This document shows, piece after piece, positions 12,569-23,800 of a stretch of 64,000 nucleotides of DNA. The notes beneath the pieces are model-generated. The model had not been told where the DNA came from. It made no database searches and saw nothing but the letters and a program-made list of their open reading frames with translations. Every line of letters starts with the position of its first letter. Positions within the stretch are counted from its first letter, which is position 1. A program made the translations under genes and the position numbers. This DNA comes from Felis catus (lineage: Eukaryota): contig NC_058368.1 in the NCBI RefSeq assembly GCF_018350175.1, positions 143,222,001 to 143,286,000 on the forward strand, written 5' to 3'.

Positions 12569-13851
12569 CTGAATGTATAAAGACTATATACATTAACCAA
12601 ATAAAATAAAAACAGGTCTCACTGCCCACTTTTACCTTGGTTTTCTTTCAATTGCTGAATAACTGACTCTTAACATAAGCGACGTAGCCATCAAATCAAT
12701 TATAGGTGTAATACGAAAATGAAGGAAAAAGAAATCTAATACCAAACACTTATCTGTACGCTACAAACTCCTTGGACAAACTGCAGTCAAAGACATCATG
12801 ATAACTAACTTAGAACTTGAGGTCAGCTAGTTTATCTACGTCTCTTCCTCAGTGTTCAGATACACTTTACTAAGACCAAGGTGCAGAGTATAGGATGGGA
12901 GTGGAATCAGTAAAGATTAGCATACTTTGTTTATCACAGGGAAAAAAATGAATCTTTTAGGTATTTACTCATAAACATCTCGGTATTTGGAGTGTGCTTT
13001 TAAATTTTACTGGAACATAAACTCTCATATTATGTGAGGCTTTTTATTTTCAACAATATAAATGGCAACATTTACTATTATCGCTAAATAGCATTACTAA
13101 AACTTCATTTCCAAAGATTCTTAAACAGCTAATGTACAACAGCAAAGAGGAATAACACGAACTCCACAAAGGTCTTTAAAATTGGTAACAACAACAACGA
13201 ACTATGGTACATAAAATGCTAATTCCTACAAATCCATAGTAATCTAGAAATGTCAGAGCCACAAAGATTATCTATTACTGCTTTGGAAGTGGAAACTAGT
13301 CTACATTATTCTCAGAGTAAGTTAAGGCTACACAATAATCAAATTAAAAAGTCAAAAATCTCTATGCAACTTAAAGCACCAGCTAAAGCTGGTAATTAAA
13401 ATATGAAATTATGGTTCCCTACTCAAACCCCATAAGCCAACCCTGATTTCATTTTGATATTGAGAAGGAAAACTTGGGAAGGAAAGGTCATTGTACTCTA
13501 ACCTGCCTTGGACATTTGGAAGAAGGCTAAAATTTAAGTTTTCATTACAACTTTCCTTCTTACATTAAAGTTGTCACCTGTAACTTGTAGATCAGGGAAC
13601 TGAATGTATATTACTACTCCTTTTTCAAGTAAAGAGGTATTCTGTTCAAGTAATCTGAACACAAAGCTAAAAAGGTCTCATTCACACTTGTGTAAATGGA
13701 ATAAAAAGGAAACCACAATTAATTTCTCTCAATGTAATTTGAAGTAGAACACAGTTTTTCTTACACTCATCTAGCATTCCAACATAGTTAATGTTTAAAA
13801 CTCTTTCAACTTCATAAAGGCTCACACTACTGTTAATTTTTATAGGTTTGC

Positions 13852-13865
13852 GTTTCCATGGTAAC
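13852..13865. promoter_or_regulatory. RFX X-box motif (candidate)
   Basis: GTTTCCATGGTAAC fully matches GTTNCCATGGNAAC; motif match only. Confidence 0.5.
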
Positions 13866-14619
13866 AAAATACAACTTAGTAAGCACCCTAACAATCCAAG
13901 CACAGTTGCAATTTTCCTCATACATCAACCCTACGGACCAAATATTTCTCTCAATACTGCTACTCTCTCTTATTTTGAGAGATCCTTGTCTAGAATTGCC
14001 TTCAGACTTTCTAAAACCCTTATAATGCTTTGATTCACTTACGGTTTTTAATGATAAAATAAGCCAGAATAATTACATGCTTGCTTCATTTATGTAAAAG
14101 ATTATAAACTCCTTGGGATCCCCTAGAGTCTATAAAGCAGCAACAATGGTCTTTAAGGTAGCATGGAAAATAAATCATGATTTTGTCATCTCTGGACAAA
14201 AACATTATGAAGAGACTGATCACCAACTCTTGGAGCCAAGTCCAGTGAATAATTCCTGGAGCCAAGTCTAGTTTATTTAATGTAGATTCTCCCTCAAAAT
14301 ACTAAGAATCACTATCAGTAAGGTTGGTCAAAAGTATATGTTAATTTGAAAGAGGAAAAATTCTTGAAATATAAAAGCCATTCTCAGAAAAAAAAGATCA
14401 AATGAAAGGATATAGTATAACTGAAAGAATTTAATAAGCTATTACTTTGCCACATTAGCTAGCTGCCTAGTAACCTCAAAGATGTGACAAAAACTTAATT
14501 TGCAGTCAAAATTACTTATGCCCAAAAATCATTTCATACAAGTTTATTTGAGAAATTAATCCACAATTTAGTTCCTGTCAAGAAATTTAGCAAGGGTAAT
14601 ATATCAACTTTTTTTGCTC

Positions 14620-14780
14620 TAGACTTTAATAGACAATTCCAAAAGGAAGTTCCAAAAAGGTTCCATCTGAGTAATGGCAAAATTATTAGAACAAATGTGT
14701 AATTTCCTAAGGGGATTATTTCCGGAGGGGCAATGCTCAGCTGGATACCTGTGTCCCTGCTATGTTGAAATACTTTGAAT
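14620..14780 (+). mobile_element. MARNA-like mariner fossil (3' part)
   Basis: caattccaaaaggaagttccaaaaa...gagtaatggcaaaattattagaacaaatgtgtaatttcctaagg resembles the recalled MARNA 3' consensus. Confidence 0.55.
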
Positions 14781-16062
14781 CTAGAATTCATACCTTTACC
14801 ACAGTCCAAGAAATGTATTTAGGGAGTAAGATGGGTGTAACAGAAAACAAATCAGTAACACTTTTTCATTTTCATCATCCTACAGAGAATGGACTTATAA
14901 TCATGAAGGCGAAAGTTAAAATGGCCTTAAAATTGGTCCCTAAACTGTAATTTATATTAAAGGTAATAAAAATATTTGAAAACAACCATGTTAAGTAATG
15001 TCTACAACCAAAAAAAATGGAAGCAAAGATTACTTCAATTATTGATCTAACTATACCCACGAGTCAATATTCACAAAAACGTAAGATTATTTTTAAAAAG
15101 AACTTATTTTTAAGCATCAGAATGATTTGTGTAATGAATAGCTTACAGTGTAAACATAAACAGTGTATACCTACAAGAGTCTGATGACCCTGAAGCTGAA
15201 CATTTGTAACTCCCAAAAGGCATCAAATTATTGTGAAAGGTAGGGTTATCCTTTTAATTGAACATTTCAAATAGAGAAGTTCAAAGAATAAATCTTTGGG
15301 TCTGGTGAGCATAAAATCTGACGAGCCAAGTGAGTACTCCTCATCTCCTTGATCAGTATCTTATCCTGAGACAGTTTCCTTTGCCTTAGTCTTTGTGGAT
15401 GACACCCACAAGGCACTGCTAGTATAAACACTGCAAGCTGCTGCTGGTACGCGGGACAACTCTTTTATTTCCAGTAATTAGCCTGGTGATGTTCTGTATT
15501 TTGTTGGCCTTTCCGGCCACAGTCATTCACTTGGTCAGTATCTTGCAGGAACTCTTCATGTGTTTGTTAGATCTCACCACTCTGTACTATATTACAGAGT
15601 TTGAAGTAATTCTCAGAGAAAGCACCATTTTCCCTAAACAAAGTAATTCTTAAGTGCCTGCTGTCATGTCAAAAAGCTGAAATCTGTATCACTATCAGCT
15701 TACGTTTTCACAATTCAGAAGAGCTTGCTGTTTACCTTCTTGCAGACCATCTCCACTAAGGGTGCTAATCCCTGGGCAAAGTCCATTCAGAAGTGATAAT
15801 CCCCAACTGTTATGTGAACTACCATACAGAGAGTTAACCACCCAAATACTTCTCTATCAATGGTGACCGTTTTTAATGTGTATAAATTATTTCCCAATTG
15901 ACAGTGAAATCCAATGATCTCTCACTTCTTGCTTTAAAATCACTATAATTGTTCTAGAGTATTAAATTTCTCCTATATTTTACACTTTTCATTTGCTATT
16001 ATATATTTAAGACCTATGATTTGAAGATGAAGATTTCCACGCAATCTAATGAGTTGACTTAC

Positions 16063-16194
16063 TTTTGAAAGATGATGCTCAGAGGAGAATCCCAGTCCGT
16101 AAACAGTGTTTGCCCGGCTATCGGCCCACTGGCCAAACTTCTGAGATGTTTTAGTAAATGTCATGTTTGGGGTGATGGTGCTATTAATTATTGC
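16063..16194 (-). CDS. HOMER1: HOMER1 coding exon 3 (132 nt), EVH1 domain
   Basis: Translates [44 protein letters not shown]. Acceptor ttttatttttag|GCA, donor AAA|gtaagt, phase 0/0. Confidence 0.98.
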
Positions 16195-17727
16195 CTAAAA
16201 AATAAAATAAATATGAGTTACAAGCCAAAAGTTAGCAAACAGGCATTTAAACACAGGACTATTTACTTCTGTAAAAAAACAAAGGATTTCTAATGAGTTT
16301 ACTCAAGGGAAAAACAACCCCTAAATATATACTTTACTTCTTTTCCCACAAAGTGGTATAAATTCATGATACTGAGATTCACTATCATTTCTATTTAACA
16401 CATAGTTTCTTACAAAATTAGTATTTTGGTGTTATTAAATATTGATTTTGGTGAACACCATAATAAATTCCAACTATTACTGTGTATCATATTAAGAGAA
16501 GTACCTTCTCACTGCCAGTACTATAAAAGTATATAATCAGTTAAGTTAGTGAGTTAATGCCCTCCAAAATTCAGATTACAAAGTGATTCCAGTAATAATA
16601 GAAATAAACATGTTACCAAATTCATAAGCAGTTTTTTGGTGAACTACCAAATGTAGAATGAAAATCAAGCATTTTCAGAACAAAGCAAAATCTATTGAAC
16701 ACGTGAACAGTACAAATATAAATACTTATGAGTATGCATGTATTGATGAAGTTATAATAAATGTATGACACCTGTCCTACTAAAGAAGATAGTAAGAGTA
16801 GCTGGCCCCTTGCTTTCTGTCGCAAAAGCAGATGTGTTATCTGTAGTTCTATGAGAGCCCTTACCCTTGATTAAGCATTTTTACCTGTGACAAAATTTAA
16901 ATACTCATACTCAAACCTCCTTCCCCTTCAGTTCAAAAGCTGCTTTTCCTAGCGTGTCATTTTAGATTCTGTAAAATATGGCTAACAAAGTACTCTAAAT
17001 TGCAGGTAGTCATGAAATGAAAAGACTCAATGGAAAAGGATATATTAACAAATGGTTAATAACAAAATATAAAAAAAGGTAAGGAATCTGGTTATGGAAT
17101 CATTTGGTTATGCAACTTTTTTTTGCTGAGTATCTATTAAATGCCAAGCACAATTCTAGAGAGTTGAAATGCAACACTGAACGGTAATGTAACTGTGGAT
17201 TACATTCTAAACCAAGAACAGTCAGTCAATTAACATATACGTAAGTAACTGACTAATGTAATTTCAGAGTGTTATGTGCTGCGAAGCCTGTAAGACCAGT
17301 ATCTGATAGAGAAAGGGAGTCTAGAAGGCAAGGACTGGCAGGTACTAGGTTAGATTTGGCGGTCCTTGAGTGTTCCCGGAGGAGGGTGCTTGTAAGCTGA
17401 GATCTAAGTGTTTTCAAGGAGAGAAGGGCATTTTACATGGGATCTCAGTAACTCTCAAAAAGTGAGGTAGCAATAGGTTTTATAAGAAAACCTGTAAGAA
17501 AACATGTAAGAAAAATGACCCATTTGCTGTAGGTCACAGACCTTCACTTTCAGCTCTTTCAAATGAACTTCTTGATGCTTTTAAGGTTAAGAGTCCCATT
17601 TTAATCCCCATTTTGAACTTTTCCTTGCCTCCACTTGTCTTGGGGATTACTTGCTTAGGGATTCTTTAATCACTGAAGAAAAACTTTAAAATGAAAGACG
17701 ATCCCACACTTAAAAAACATTATTCAT

Positions 17728-17917
17728 AGGATGCTTGGGTGGGTCAGTCAGTTAAGTGTCCAACACTGTTTTGGCTCAGGTCATGATCTCATGGTTCATG
17801 GGTTTGAGCCCTACATCAGGCTCTGTGCTGACAGCAGGGAGCCTCCTTGGGATTTTCTCCCTCCCTCCACTCTCTCTCTCTGCTCCATCCTGCCCCCCAA
17901 AAAAACTTAAAAAAATT
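17728..17917 (+). mobile_element. CanSINE (SINEC)
   Basis: tgggtgggtcagtcagttaag...ggctcaggtcatgatctc; degenerate TSD attattcat. Confidence 0.88.
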
Positions 17918-19069
17918 ATTCATTAGAATTCTTTGAATAGAATGGTTTGAATTTTTTGAAGATGAATCCACTTAAAAGGAAAATCTCAATTCTTTAAAAT
18001 AAATTTTCTCTCAATCCCAGAGTTCCCATCCTTTCAAGGAAAACAGGTAGAAATGCTGTGTCATTACAGATCATGTAGTGCCCTTATCTTGGCCCTCGGC
18101 CATGCTGATGTCTCTGCAGCATGATTAGAAAGCCTTTAAGCAAACTTTACATGCACAGTAAGGGCATTAAATGAGAACAAATGGACATTTTCTAATCAGG
18201 GGCACCTAAGGGCTTTCCAACTCATCACGCAGTGCAGAAATAGAAGTGGGGCGGGGAGGAGAAAACACTCAGTTAGCCACAAGTAAGCCACTCTGCTTAC
18301 ACTATTGCTTACCAAAAACAACTCTGCCTGCAGGGAACTGCAGTAGTTACCAGCATCAGTTTTAAAAAAGTTAACTAGAAAATGGAACATGTGATAGAAA
18401 TCATAACTGCTACAGAGGGTAGATTTTGTTAAAATAAATAAAAACTTGTTCACAAGAGCTATTTAAGAGTGTAATGTTTACAAGCTGCAAAGTATACTCA
18501 AGAATGGAGGCCAGAAGCAATAGTTCCTATCGCCTCAGAAGGAAGGACACATAAGAGTTACTTAATCACATGGAACATGGGAATACTTCAGTTGAACTTT
18601 ATTCTATTTAAGTCTCCCATCTGATAAAACTCCATCTTATCTGTGGTTTGGGCCAAGAGGGAAATACAGATTATAGAGAACTGAAAGTTCCAGTCAGGGA
18701 AAAGAAAGAAATTAATATTCTAGTGGCTGAGATCACAACAATTAATATCTGTTGATGTCACTAAATAGTTACAAAATATGACAAACTTATTCTTCATTAA
18801 AGAAGTTTTATAGAAATTAACTATTAGTATTTCTCAAGTCCTTTAAATCCTCCAAGTAAAAATGAAAGAGATTCAATTATTCTAATAAATACGTACTAGT
18901 CACTTAAGTAGAAGATAAGGGGCAAATAGCCCCTGGGGTTCTGTAATCTAGTTAAGGAGATAAGCAGTGAGCACAAGAGAAAATGAACTGAAAGCTGAGT
19001 TTAAATTATCTTTTGTTTCCCCAAACCACTAGGCAATACCTAATAGCCTAAAAATATTAATAACGATAA

Positions 19070-19665
19070 CAAGAGCTGTATTTGTATAGTGGTTACTACA
19101 CACCCTTTACGTGTTTTTGCATGAATTACTTAATCTTCACATGAATCCCATGGTGTAATGATGTAGGTGTTTTTATTAGTTCCTTTTTACAGATGAGAAA
19201 ATTAAGGTGTGAAGACATGAACTATCTTGCTCGATCTAGGTCACATGGCTAGGAAGCAGTAGAGCAAAAATTCAAACCAGGGAGTCTAGGTCTAGAGTGT
19301 GTGCTTAGACCCTGGGCTGACCTGCTAAAATTTCTGCAAGTTCAAAGGCCTCATGGCTTTAAAAAAAAACGTGAAGGAGAAGAATGAAACCCTTGTCCTT
19401 CTATACACATTTTATCCAGAATCTGATGTTTGGTATTTCTTATTCAAAATTCATTGATAAAAAATGGAATTTTCCCCCCTTTGAAAGGCATACTATCTAT
19501 AAGACAATGATCAAAGTGCTATGCAGATATTAACTCACTTAATCCTTACTAAGAATAATGAGGCTCAGAGAAGTAATTTGCCAGAAGTCAAAAACTTAGT
19601 AGATGGCAGAGCTAAGATATGAACCCAGGCAGTCCATGCTCTTAAACATTATACTATTTGCCTCT
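19070..19665 (-). mobile_element. Two MIR elements
   Basis: ttttacagatgagaaaattaagg and aatgaggctcagagaagtaatttgcc...gaacccaggcagtc MIR cores. Confidence 0.7.
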
Positions 19666-19809
19666 CCTAAAAATAAAAACTTAGGTCTTGTCCACATGCT
19701 TCCCTTCAGAGTAAGGGATGTCAGCTTTAATGCTGACACTGACCAGAATTCATACCATTTAGGGACTTAGAATTACTGAATAATCTACAAAAGTGTATCT
19801 GAAAAGAAT

Positions 19810-19945
19810 TCTAGCTCCTCACTAGACTGTAAGCTCCAACAGTGTAGAAACTGTCCATTCTGTTTACCACTATATTCCTAGCAACTAGCATAGTGCCTGA
19901 CATGTAATAGATATGCAATGAATGTATAATATATCGAATAAACTA
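19810..19945 (+). mobile_element. LINE-2 3' end
   Basis: cactagactgtaagctcc...tagcatagtgcctgacatgtaatag. Confidence 0.75.
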
Positions 19946-20189
19946 ACCTAAAATTTGTAGAATATTTTGGAATGTAACTCAATATAAATAAGGTGGTCAA
20001 TCCAAGTAATTTAGAAGATAAAAAGACAAAAAGTGTTGCTAAAAATGATCAATTTTGGCTTTTTGAAGTTTTTAAAACTCAAAAGGAAATATTGTATCTT
20101 AATAAAGATGAAAATTCCCCAAATAAAACAGAAGATGCTCTACTATAAAAAGCAAAAGAGCAAGATCATTTAAAGAGGATATAACTTAC

Positions 20190-20346
20190 CTTTGAGCCAT
20201 CTAAACTGATTATCCTATACACATTTCTTGTGCTGTCATAGAAATAAGACACAGTAACTGCATGCTTGCTGGTGGGTACCCAGTTCTTCTTTGTGTTTGG
20301 GTCAATCTGGAAGACGTGAGCTCGAGTGCTGAAGATGGGTTGTTCC
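20190..20346 (-). CDS. HOMER1: HOMER1 coding exon 2 (157 nt), N-terminal part of EVH1 domain
   Basis: Translates (G)[52 protein letters not shown], the Homer1 N-terminus. Acceptor ttttctgcctgatag|G, donor AAG|gtaagt. First base completes a codon split by intron 1. Confidence 0.98.
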
Positions 20347-20530
20347 CTATCAGGCAGAAAATAAAATGACAGATTGAAAGCAGTCATTTTATTGCACTGG
20401 ACAACAGAACATGAAATCTGTGAGGATGACTCCACTTACCCCAAAACTCCCACATCCCCCAAGACGATAGAAACATTGTTCCATATTTGAATACTGTAAG
20501 TATTCAATCATAAGCTTCTTTAAAACAATT

Positions 20531-21140
20531 ATAGTCCATTCTCATTATGTGACGAATCTGTCTACTCACTAAAATGTATTTGTAACTCCAAAATCAGTAC
20601 TTGAGGTACCTTCTTAGTCTTTCGTAGTGGAAAGATGCAATCGCCTGACATGCATGCTTCCATCTGAGGTTGATCAAGGCAACACTCTGCCTTATTTCAG
20701 CTCCCATACTATAAACAAGTGTCCTTTTTGTGATCTATTTGGCACCATGCATTTCATAATACTGTGCTTTTTGTTGGTGTTTTCACTGTGTAAAACAGCT
20801 CCCAAGCATAGTGCTGAAGCACGGTCTATTCTTGGATGCAAGAAGGCTGTGATGTGTCTTACGGAGAGAACGTTATAAGCTATGCTCAGGCATGAATTAT
20901 AGTGCTGTTGGCCATGAGTTCAATGGTAATGAATCAATTGTCTATATTAAATGAGGGGTCTTTAAATACAAACACACATACAACAAGCTTATGTATTGAC
21001 TGGTTGATGAAAATGTGATCGGAGGCTTGTAGGAACCTAACTCTCTGTATCTCCTAGAAGCAATCTTTGAGTATTTGATAATTCAGTGTTCGTGATGCCT
21101 GTATAGAACACAACTACTCTAAATAATGAGAACCGACTAT
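20531..21140 (+). mobile_element. MER82-like Tigger non-autonomous DNA transposon
   Basis: Imperfect TIRs tatagtccattctcattat / ataatgagaaccgactata with TA flanks; internal ctgaggttgatcaaggcaacactctgcctt...cagctcccatactataaacaagtgtcc. Confidence 0.8.
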
Positions 21141-23216
21141 ATTCTATTAAAATACAAGAACTTTATATAAGCACTAGGTTAAAAATGTTCACCTATTTAA
21201 AACTAGATTAATCCAGTAACAGGTAATAAACTTCCTGAGAAAAGTTGACCTCTACTATATTAAAAAGTATACAGAAAACAAGGTAGCTCACAACCATAGT
21301 ATCTTTTGCTGAGTAGGGCCTTAAACAGATTTTAAAAATAATTTCAAGAACCCAAACTATTAAAAAATGTGTATCCAAAATATCATTAGCTTATTTTACA
21401 GTCTGGAAAACAAGCATGTGATGATATATATGCAACAGAAGCACGAGAATGCAAAATTTTCCAAGTTCTGAGTAGAAGTTCTTCTGGAAACAGCCTTTAC
21501 CAGGCTTTTTTGCTTTGAGCCCAAATAAAGTTCATTTCTTTCAATTACACAACATCTTCCTTTCCTAAAGCTACATAAGGTCCTAAAGAGAATTTTAACC
21601 AGTAAAGAAAGGAGAGTATGGAAGAGAAGAAGTTAGAAAACAGGCAAGCCAAGTCTGGCCCATGGCAACACGACTCTTCAGGTAACAGTAATAGGCTGGG
21701 TGTCACATATGTCTATGATCTTCTTCAGCCCTTGGAGAGCAGGTATGAAAGGGAGGCCCCTTCCCTGTAGGTAACCTGGCTCCACCCAGCTTTATTTCTG
21801 GAAACCTCCATAACAACTTTTCTTATTCTAAGAATCTGTTGTGAAGCAACTGATACATTTTATGCCACTCCCTAAAAACTGAAGCAGAGAGTCATCACTT
21901 CTGGCTTAACTCATATTACATATAGATTCATTCAACAAATAATTATTCACAACCTCCCAAGGCATTGTGCCTGGATGAAGAACTCTTCTGAATTGGAGAA
22001 AGGTCTAGTTCATTCCCTCTTTCCCTATCTTTAATCCTTCAATTTTTCAGTGAGGCTACACTTGGGTTATCTTCCAAAAAGCCCTACAAACCTTGAGGCT
22101 TTTTTTTCTCTTCACCTTTTAATTAAAGTTCTAGGTGTAGTGCAGTTGGTCAGCCTGACTGTAACTAACTAGTTCCAATCCACAGGAAAACCCAAACACA
22201 CAAATGTATTTATTTAGGGCATGGAGGGAAGGGAAGTAGGAACTCTAGGGTTATCTAAGAACTTCTCCCCCATTTGACAAGCAGTAAATTTCTAAATAGT
22301 GCAGGGTGTTGCAATATATGTATTTTACAAGAAACAAAAATAGTTAAGACAATGATATTGCCTTTACACATCTTATATGACCAATCAACAAATCCCTATC
22401 AGCGGAAATCTAGTGTTTTGAGTCTTATAAATACTTTCCACATTTTAATTCATATAATTATATTAATCTGCACAATTAATCCATAAATTCAATTCCCTTG
22501 TGAATAAAAATCTTTAAACTAGCTGTTTTACAAGCGTGCCTTATGAATTTGAGTATCAACCAAGTACACTGCTTTTCTTCAATTCTCTTCTGAATAGATG
22601 ACTTCTTAAAATTACAGTTCAAGATTTCTGGTCAAAATCTTGTCAAACTCTAGATTAAAAATATTAGGAAAATAATTTCACTGCTGACACAGGGAACAGA
22701 GTTCCTAGAAGTAACAAGGAAGTTACTACATCTATCAAGGCATACTAATAAATAGTTCACACCTTTACTGAATATCTACAAGCCAAAAACAGATAAAGAT
22801 GGTCCCTGCCCCTGAAAATGATGAGGGAGGACAGATGTCAAAAAAATAAAATGCTCTTTACCATGACAGATTCTTTGGAAATAAGTGACCAAGAGCTACC
22901 ATGGAGAATGTGATGTCTTAGTAGAATTTGAAACAAAGTATGGTAACAGTGGGAAGAGGCAATAGTACACAGGTAGGTGTAGCAAGAACCTTAGTGAGTG
23001 TGAGTGCCTTTGAAGAATGAGGCTAAAGAGAGAAGCCAATTCATGTGGGTCCCCTCTGGAAACTACTCAGAGATTGTAAACAGAGAACAGCTCCACATTT
23101 TAGAAAGACACATTTGGCAGTACTGAAGGGGTGGATGGGAAGGAAACAAGACTGAACACAAGAAGGCTAGTCAGACTCTTATGAAAAAAACTCAAGTATT
23201 TGAAATAAAGACGAAT

Positions 23217-23415
23217 GGGGTGCGTGGGTGGCTTAGAAGGTTGAGCATCCGACTTCAGCTCAGGTCATGAAGTCATGGTTCGTGGGTTCAAGCCCCGTAT
23301 CAGGCTCTGCGCTGACAGCTTGGAGCCTGGAGCCTGCTTCAGATTCTGTGTCTCCCTCACTCTCTTTGCCCTTCCCCTGTTTGTGCTCTCTCTCTCTCAA
23401 AAACAAATAAATAAA
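23217..23415 (+). mobile_element. CanSINE (feline type)
   Basis: ggggtgcgtgggtggcttag...gagcctggagcctgcttcagattctgtgtctccc...aaataaataaa. Confidence 0.92.
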
Positions 23416-23419
23416 ACCT

Positions 23420-23495
23420 GGAAGGAAGGAAGGAAGGAAGGAAGGAAGGAAGGAAGGAAGGAAGGAAGGAAGGAAGGAAGGAAGGAAGGAAGGAA
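23420..23495. repeat. (GGAA)n tetranucleotide microsatellite, about 19 units
   Basis: Direct reading at the SINE tail. Confidence 0.95.
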
Positions 23496-23595
23496 AGAAG
23501 AGGAATGGAAGTTAGGGAATGGAATGAAGATTGAGGAGGGATTAAAGGTAAATTTAGAAAACAGAATCAGTAAAATTAAGCAACAGATTGGTTGC

Positions 23596-23800
23596 AGGGC
23601 ACTGTTTCTCAATCAGGGGTGATTTGTCCCAATTGGGACCTTTCACAATTTCTGGAGACATTTTTGGTTGTTACAATTGAGGGAGGCTGCTATTGGCACC
23701 TAGGTGGTAGAAGCCAGGGGCATCGGTAATCATCTACAATGCACTGAACAGCCCCCTACAAGAAAGAACCTGACTGAAATGTCAATAGTGCCACTAGCCA
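23596..23800 (+). mobile_element. MER20-like hAT-Charlie element
   Basis: tttctcaatcaggggtgatttg...tctggagacatttttggttgttacaa...gtagaagccaggg...aaatgtcaatagtgcc. Confidence 0.8.
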
